This document shows positions 58,420 through 64,000 of a stretch of DNA of 64,000 nucleotides, piece by piece (within the stretch, counting starts at the first letter, position 1; every line of letters starts with the position of its first letter). Both the position numbers and the translations under genes were made by a program. The DNA comes from Trebonia sp. (GTDB lineage Bacteria > Actinomycetota > Actinomycetes > Streptosporangiales > Streptosporangiaceae): positions 4,966 to 68,965 of the forward strand of contig DASWAE010000016.1 in assembly GCA_036391275.1 (NCBI GenBank), read 5' to 3'. Under the pieces are notes generated by a model. It was not told the origin of the DNA. It ran no database searches and saw nothing but the letters and a program-made list of their open reading frames with translations.

Positions 58420-60210
58420 ATGGGCTGGCAGGCAACCGGAGACCCCGGCGCGGGCGGGCAGCCCGGGCCGGCCAGGCTTTCCGGGCTGCCCGCGGGCTTC
58501 GGTCACCGCGGCACGTGGGCCGAGGCCGTCCCGTCCGCCGCGCTCGCCGTCGCCCTGGAGGCCGCCGCAGGCCCGGCGGACCTCTACGAGAACGCGGACA
58601 CCGACGCGCTGGTCGGGATCGCCCGCCAGTGGGCGGCCATCGAGTCGTGGGCGGCGGCGGGCAAGCTCGCGGCCTTGCGCGCCATGACCCGCGAGGACAA
58701 CGAAGGCCGGCCGCTGCTGCGCCGTCGCAGTGACCTGCCTGACGGCTGGGACGACTCCCTCACCTACGAGATCTCCGGTGCCCTCGCGATGGGGCCGGTG
58801 TCGGCGGGGAACCTGGCGTCCCTGGCCTGGACACTGGGCACCCGGCTCGCCGGGACCGGCCGGCTCCTGGCCGCCGGGACGCTGACGATGGCGAAGGCGA
58901 AGCTCATCGCGCAGCTCTTCGAGCTCCTGGACGAGCAGGAGGCGGCGCGGGCCGAGGCGCTGATCCTAGGCGAACTGGCCGGCAAGACCTACCCCCAGGT
59001 GGAGCGCCTGGCCTGGCGGGCCGCCCTGGCGGTGGCACCGGATGCCGCGGAGCGGCGCCGCACGCAGGCGGAGAAGCGGGCGCGGGTGACAGTGTTCCGT
59101 GAGGACTCCGGCGCCGTCGGCCTGTCCGGCCGTGACCTGCCCGCCGCGGAAGCCCTGGCCGGCCACGCCAGCGTGCTGGCCCGCGCCGCGGAGTACGAGG
59201 CGTCAGGGGCGTTCGGCGGCGACAGCACGAGCCACCTAGCGGCGCTGGCCTATCTTGACCTGCTCAACGGGGTTAGCGCGAAGGAGCGGATCGCGTTCGC
59301 CGTCAGCGCCGGCGCCGAACCGCCCGTCGGCCCGCGCCCGGACGACGAGGACGGCAGGCCCGGCAGCGGCGCTCACGATCCAGATCCCGGCGGTGGCGAC
59401 GGCCACCCGGATCAGCCGGGCGGACCGGGAGGCCTCCAGCCGTTGGCCGAGCTAACCATCCCGCTCGCGACCCTCCGGCACCGTGCTGCACGCGCCGGGG
59501 ACAGCCGATTGCTCGGCCTCATCGATCCGGCCCTGGCCCGCGACCTCGCCTCGGCAGCCGCCCGCTCACCCGGCTCCCGCTGGGAACTCACCATCGTCGA
59601 CGAGCACGGCTACACCATCGGCCACGGCATCGCCCGCCGCGCACGCGGCGCAGGCCTGCCAGCGCAGCCGCCGCCAGCACAACCGCCGACGCGCCCAGCC
59701 TCCAGCGCGCTGCCCGCCCGGGTCAACATCACCATCACCGAAACGCTCCTGCACCAACTGGAAACACAGCCGCAGCCGCGCCCTGGGGCGCCGCCGAGCG
59801 ATTGGGCGCTCATCCCGGGGAAGACAGGAACCTGGGTACTGACCCTGCCCGGCGACCAGCAACTGGCCGTCCGGCTCGACGTGGTGCCCACCTACGACTG
59901 TGACCACAGGTATCAGGTCAGCTCCTACCTGCCCGGGGACCGGCTGCGCCGTCTGGTCCAGGTCCGCGACCACGAGTGCACCTGGCCGACCTGCTCCCGC
60001 CATGCCCGCGAGTCGGACTTCGAGCACGCCGTCCCCCACCACAAAGGCGGGGCGACCTGCGCCTGCAACGCCGGCGCGCGCTCCCGCCGCTGCCACCAGG
60101 TCAAGCAACTGCCAAGGTGGAGCGTCACCCAGCCCAAGCCCGGCTGGCACGTTTGGACCACCCCGACTGGCCGTACCTACGCCCAGCAACCGTGGCGGTA
60201 TATCGCCTGA
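58420..60210 (+). CDS. DUF222 / HNH endonuclease (REP13E12-like) protein
   Basis: Ala-rich helical N-terminus; C-terminal 'VRDHECTWPTC..SDFEH..GGATCACN..RRCHQVK..W..TTPTGRTY'. Start could be 58390. Confidence 0.85.
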   Translation: MGWQATGDPGAGGQPGPARLSGLPAGFGHRGTWAEAVPSAALAVALEAAAGPADLYENADTDALVGIARQWAAIESWAAAGKLAALRAMTREDNEGRPLLRRRSDLPDGWDDSLTYEISGALAMGPVSAGNLASLAWTLGTRLAGTGRLLAAGTLTMAKAKLIAQLFELLDEQEAARAEALILGELAGKTYPQVERLAWRAALAVAPDAAERRRTQAEKRARVTVFREDSGAVGLSGRDLPAAEALAGHASVLARAAEYEASGAFGGDSTSHLAALAYLDLLNGVSAKERIAFAVSAGAEPPVGPRPDDEDGRPGSGAHDPDPGGGDGHPDQPGGPGGLQPLAELTIPLATLRHRAARAGDSRLLGLIDPALARDLASAAARSPGSRWELTIVDEHGYTIGHGIARRARGAGLPAQPPPAQPPTRPASSALPARVNITITETLLHQLETQPQPRPGAPPSDWALIPGKTGTWVLTLPGDQQLAVRLDVVPTYDCDHRYQVSSYLPGDRLRRLVQVRDHECTWPTCSRHARESDFEHAVPHHKGGATCACNAGARSRRCHQVKQLPRWSVTQPKPGWHVWTTPTGRTYAQQPWRYIA

Positions 60211-60259
60211 TAAGCCCCTGCTTGACCTCAAGCATGGTTCAGGTCCTACCCTCACATAA

Positions 60260-61654
60260 GTGAGCATCGATGCGGCCGGGACCTCAACGACGGCAGCGGG
60301 CCCGGCAGACGGGATTTGGGCGCCGGCCCGCCGCCCGCTGACGGTCGGTCTCGTGCTCGCGGTCACCTTCGTGGCGTTCGAGGCGCTTGCCGTCGCGACC
60401 ATCCTGCCGCTGGTCGGCCGGCACCTGGGAGACTTGCGCCTCTACGGGTGGGTGTTCAGTGCGTTCCTGCTCGCGAGCCTGGTCGGCATCGTGGTGGCCG
60501 GGACGCTGGCCGACCGCGTGCCGCTTGGGCGGCCGATGGCCGCCGGCCTTGCCCTGTTCGCCCTTGGCCTGGTCATCGGCGGGACCGCGCCGGACATGGC
60601 GGTGCTCGTGACGGGCAGGGCGGTGCAGGGGCTTGGCGCAGGGGTGGTGCCCGCGGTGGCCTACGTGGCGATCTCCCGGTGCTATCCCGAGGGGTCGCGG
60701 CCGCGCATGTTCGCCGTGCTGTCCACCGCCTGGGTGGTGCCCGGCCTGGCCGGGCCGGCTATCGCCGCCCTGGTGGCCGCGGCAGTCGGCTGGCGGTGGG
60801 TGTTCCTTGGCTTGATCCCGCTGGTGATCGCGACCGGAGCGCTGGTGGTAGTGGCGTTGCGGAACGTCCCGCCGTCCGCGAGCCCGGGCACGGCCACCGT
60901 CCCTTACCTGGCCGTGCTTGGCGTGGTCGCCGGCGCGGGCACGGCACTCGCATCGCTCAACTCCGGCGTCCTGCTCGTCGCCGTCATCGGCGGCGTCGCC
61001 GGCGCGGCCCTGCTCGGTGCCGCGCTGCGCCGCCTGACACCTCCGCGGAACCTGACCGCACGACCCGGGCTGACCGCCACGATCCTCAGTCGTGCGCTGC
61101 TGACGTGCTGCTTTTTCGCGGGAGACGCATATGTTCCGTACGCGATCGTGACGGTCCGGCACGCCCCGACCGCGCTGGCCGCTCTCGCGCTCACCGCGTC
61201 GACCCTTACCTGGACGGCGGGATCGTGGGTGCAGGCCCGGTACATCGACCGGTCCGGCCCGCGCCGCCTGGTCCGGACTGGCGAGTGCGTGGTCGCCGTC
61301 GGCCTGGCGGTGATGTGCCTCGTGCTGCTGCCGTCCGTGCCTCCCGCGCTGGCGATCCTGGCATGGGCGCTGGCCGGCGGAGGGATCGGCACCGCCTACG
61401 CGCCGCTGTCCGTGACCACGCTCGACCGCGCCGCGGCGGGCGAGGAGGGCCGGGCGACCTCGGCGCTCCAGCTCTGCGACGTGCTCGGCCAGGCCCTGGG
61501 CACCGGAGTGGCGGGAGCGATCGTGGCCGCCGCCGCAACCGGGATCGGGCACGGCCCCGGAGTCGCCCTCGCGTTCGCGTTCGCCGGCGCGGTTGCCCTC
61601 ATCGGGGTCATCGCCGGGACGCGGCTGCCAGCCCGCCTCACGTCATCCCGCTAG
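60260..61654 (+). CDS. MFS transporter (DHA2-like efflux)
   Basis: 'AFEALAVATILP', 'YGWVFSAFLL', 'GRAVQGLG', 'GWRWVFLG'; about 14 TM. Confidence 0.88.
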   Translation: MSIDAAGTSTTAAGPADGIWAPARRPLTVGLVLAVTFVAFEALAVATILPLVGRHLGDLRLYGWVFSAFLLASLVGIVVAGTLADRVPLGRPMAAGLALFALGLVIGGTAPDMAVLVTGRAVQGLGAGVVPAVAYVAISRCYPEGSRPRMFAVLSTAWVVPGLAGPAIAALVAAAVGWRWVFLGLIPLVIATGALVVVALRNVPPSASPGTATVPYLAVLGVVAGAGTALASLNSGVLLVAVIGGVAGAALLGAALRRLTPPRNLTARPGLTATILSRALLTCCFFAGDAYVPYAIVTVRHAPTALAALALTASTLTWTAGSWVQARYIDRSGPRRLVRTGECVVAVGLAVMCLVLLPSVPPALAILAWALAGGGIGTAYAPLSVTTLDRAAAGEEGRATSALQLCDVLGQALGTGVAGAIVAAAATGIGHGPGVALAFAFAGAVALIGVIAGTRLPARLTSSR

Positions 61655-61777
61655 GACGGCATCGCCCGTCGTGGTTCGTGGCGCCGAGCGCGCTCCTAGT
61701 GTGGTCCCGGTCCGTCTTCGTGCGCCATCCAGTGCACGAAACGGTGCAGCGGGTACATGGCGTCGTGCGGGTTGCCG

Positions 61778-62335
61778 ATGGTGCTCGGCCCCGCCTCGCC
61801 CAGCCGGACGACGCGCTGGGCTCCGCAGCTCGCGAGACGCGTCGCGCTCGTCACCGGAGCCAGTTCGGGCATCGGTAAGTCGACTGCCATCAGGCTCGCG
61901 GCGCTCGGCTGGCAGGTGATCGGCGTCGGCCGCGACCCGCAGCGCAGTGCCGCCGCCGAAGCGCCGCCAACCACCTCGCCCCCTTCCTGCTGACGCGAGA
62001 GCTGATGCCGCTGCTCAGGGCAAGCGCGGCCAGCCAGCCGCCGGGAACGACACGGGTGATCGCTGTACCGTCGAGCGCACACCGGATGATCGACGCGCTT
62101 GACTTCACTGACCTGCAGAGCCTTGGCGGCTTCCAGCCCGCCGTTGCCTACGGCCGGGCGAAACTCGCCAACATACTGTTCACCCGCGAGCTGGCACGCC
62201 GGGCCGACCCGGAGGGGCGGCCGCTTCTTCTACCAGAAGGCAGCGGAAACGCCTTCCGCCGCGGCCCAGGACGATGCCGCCGCCGCGCGCCTGCGGGCGG
62301 GAAGCGAAGCGCTGCTAGCCAGGCTCGGTTTCTAA
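61778..62335 (+). pseudogene. SDR oxidoreductase with two internal deletions/frameshifts
   Basis: Three out-of-frame blocks: TGASSGIG; NHLAPFLLT..SSAH..YGRAKLANILFTRELARR; AQDDAAAARL..SE.LL. Confidence 0.8.
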
Positions 62336-62349
62336 ACTGCCCCCGCCAG

Positions 62350-62916
62350 TCAGCAGGTGACGTCGACGATGACCCGGGTGTTGGAGATGTCAGCGTTCCG
62401 GTTCGAGGTGCCGACGAGATGAGCGGACTTGCCCCCGGCGGACAAGGCGAACGAGGCGCTGTCCACGAGCAGCATCTTGCCGCCGAGCTCCCCTTGGATC
62501 GAGGCGTCCTTGCCGACCGTGGCGGCGACTGAGACCACGTTCACCGGCGGCCCGTCGTAGACGCCGTACTGGGTGACCACGCCTGCGGTCACGGTCCACG
62601 TGCTGTCGGCCCGCCGGCAGGTACCGCCGGTGATGCTGTCGGAGACAGACCCGGCCGTGATGTGGATCGTGGCAGGGCCGTCGCACTCGATGTCCACCAC
62701 GCCAGCCGCTCCAGCTTGCAGGCCATGGCTGCAGGAGGCGACGGCGTTGCCGCCGCCCGTGCCGTTTGCGGCGCTTGCGGGCCCGCTGCCTGCCGTCCCT
62801 GTTGCCTGCTGGCTGGCAGCGGTGGTGGTGCCGCCGGAGGAGCCACATCCCCCGATGGCCAGCACGACTGCCACGAGCAGCGGGGCACCGGAGACTGCCG
62901 CTTTCGTTCTGGACAT
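62350..62916 (-). CDS. Hypothetical lipoprotein
   Basis: Signal peptide with IGGC lipobox, Ser/Thr/Gly linker, beta-rich domain with 4 Cys; SD AGGAGG. Confidence 0.7.
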   Translation of the reverse strand: MSRTKAAVSGAPLLVAVVLAIGGCGSSGGTTTAASQQATGTAGSGPASAANGTGGGNAVASCSHGLQAGAAGVVDIECDGPATIHITAGSVSDSITGGTCRRADSTWTVTAGVVTQYGVYDGPPVNVVSVAATVGKDASIQGELGGKMLLVDSASFALSAGGKSAHLVGTSNRNADISNTRVIVDVTC

Positions 62917-63003
62917 CTGATTTCCTCCTGCTGGCTGCTGGCTGCTGGCTGCGGGCACCGGACCAGGGGTTCCGGCCGGCGGCAGTTCATGATCGCGGCA
63001 GGC

Positions 63004-63027
63004 GTTCAGAATCCGCTCATAGTCCGC
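63004..63027. promoter_or_regulatory. 11-bp-period direct repeats, candidate SARP binding site
   Basis: GTTCAGAATCC / GCTCATAGTCC (8/11) between the divergent SARP and lipoprotein genes. Confidence 0.5.
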
Positions 63028-63050
63028 GCGGCGGCGTTTACCATCGGCTG

Positions 63051-64000
63051 GTGGGAGTCAGCATCCGGCTGCTCGGCCCGGTGGGCGCATGGGACGGGGA
63101 ACGGGCGATCGCGCTCGGTCCGCGTAAGCAGCGGCTGGTGTTCGCGGTTCTCGCGCTGGAAGCGGGGCGGGCGGTCGACGTGGCGCGGCTGATAGACCTG
63201 GCCTGGCCGGAGGACCCGCCGCGCACGGCGCAGCACGCGATCCAGGTCTGCGTGTCCGGGCTGCGCTCGGCGCTGCGCGATGTGGACGAGCTGGACGTGC
63301 AGCTGGCGGGCTCCGGGTACCTGCTGGCCGCGGACCGCTCCCTGATCGACGCGCACCGGTTCCGGTCACTGCTGTCCAGGGCGCGGGGAACGACAGGCGA
63401 CGCGGCGCGGATCGCGCTGCTCGACGAGGCGCTGGCGCTGTGGTCCGGTGCCGCCTTGGACGGCACAGCGACACCCGCGGTGGCCGAACGGCTGTGCGCC
63501 GGCCTTGAGGAGGCCCGCCTCGGCGCGCTCGAAGACCGGCTTGACGCGCTGCTGCGCCTCGGGCGGCTCCGGGAGGTACTCGACGAGCTGCGCGGCCTGG
63601 TGGCGGTGCATCCGCTTCGGGAACGGCTGGCCGGACTGCTGATGACCGCGCTGTACCTGGACGGGCGGGCAGCCGAGGCGCTTGACGAGTTCCGCCGCTG
63701 CCGGCAGCGGCTTGCCGAGGATCTCGGCCTGGACGCCGGCCCGGCGCTGCGTGACCTCGAGCTGGCGATCTTGCGGAATGAGGTGCCGCCCGAGCCGGGC
63801 GATGCGCGGCCCGCGGTGCCGGAACCGCTGCCATCTGCGGCGCCGGCGGCGCCAGGGGAGACGCGGGATGCGGGCCCGCCGGTGCCCGCGCAGCTGCCGC
63901 CGACGGTCGCCGGGTTCGCCGGACGCGACCGCGAGCTGGCGGAGCTGGGCGCGCTGCTGGCCAGCGCGCCCTCCGGCGGCGGTCCGGTTGTGGCGGTCAG
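63051..64000 (+). CDS. AfsR/SARP family regulator (wHTH + BTAD, heading into an NB-ARC-type domain; 3'-truncated by window edge)
   Basis: Absent from the ORF track; manual translation gives IRLLGPV..GPRKQRLV..LIDLAWPEDPP..VSGLR..IDAHRF..ALALWSG..HPLRE..LGLDAGP.L..PAQLPPTVAGFAGR. TACCAT 6 nt before GTG. Confidence 0.92.
   Translation, partial: MGVSIRLLGPVGAWDGERAIALGPRKQRLVFAVLALEAGRAVDVARLIDLAWPEDPPRTAQHAIQVCVSGLRSALRDVDELDVQLAGSGYLLAADRSLIDAHRFRSLLSRARGTTGDAARIALLDEALALWSGAALDGTATPAVAERLCAGLEEARLGALEDRLDALLRLGRLREVLDELRGLVAVHPLRERLAGLLMTALYLDGRAAEALDEFRRCRQRLAEDLGLDAGPALRDLELAILRNEVPPEPGDARPAVPEPLPSAAPAAPGETRDAGPPVPAQLPPTVAGFAGRDRELAELGALLASAPSGGGPVVAV

Noticed and set aside
61696-61800. 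His-rich - strand fragment (GNPHDAMYPLHRFVHWMAHEDG*)
   Set aside because: May be the 3' remnant of a lost gene, but I cannot assign a family or a start.

Overview
High-GC actinobacterial chromosome segment (Streptosporangiales-like by gene order and GC; taxon is an inference). A conserved core block (ychF, rmuC, ispH, xseAB, glpX, DUF1707, class I fumarase, Ser/Thr kinase, lytic transglycosylases) is interleaved with accessory genes. These include phospholipase C and a phosphoesterase, an FAD-oxidoreductase/ATP-grasp/methyltransferase/glycoside hydrolase group, a Doc-type toxin-antitoxin pair, ABC/MFS/MMPL transporters, a type III Mod-Res pair, a two-kinase + FHA operon, a DUF222-HNH gene and a SARP regulator. 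I found no rRNA, tRNA, CRISPR array, integrase or transposase. Best leads: (1) an unannotated, promoter-bearing, highly structured ~100-200 nt RNA candidate with two tandem C-rich motifs at 30262-30493; (2) a type III R-M locus whose Res keeps the ATPase motifs but lacks the nuclease domain; (3) a TA cassette bracketed by a duplicated ychF 3' end (att-like scar); (4) a receptor-kinase pair sharing a Cys-bracketed Ig-like repeat, with an FHA adaptor; (5) a dispersed ~50-bp palindromic repeat family and several gene remnants that keep both ends but lost the middle. All product calls come from motif recognition by eye; no database search was run.
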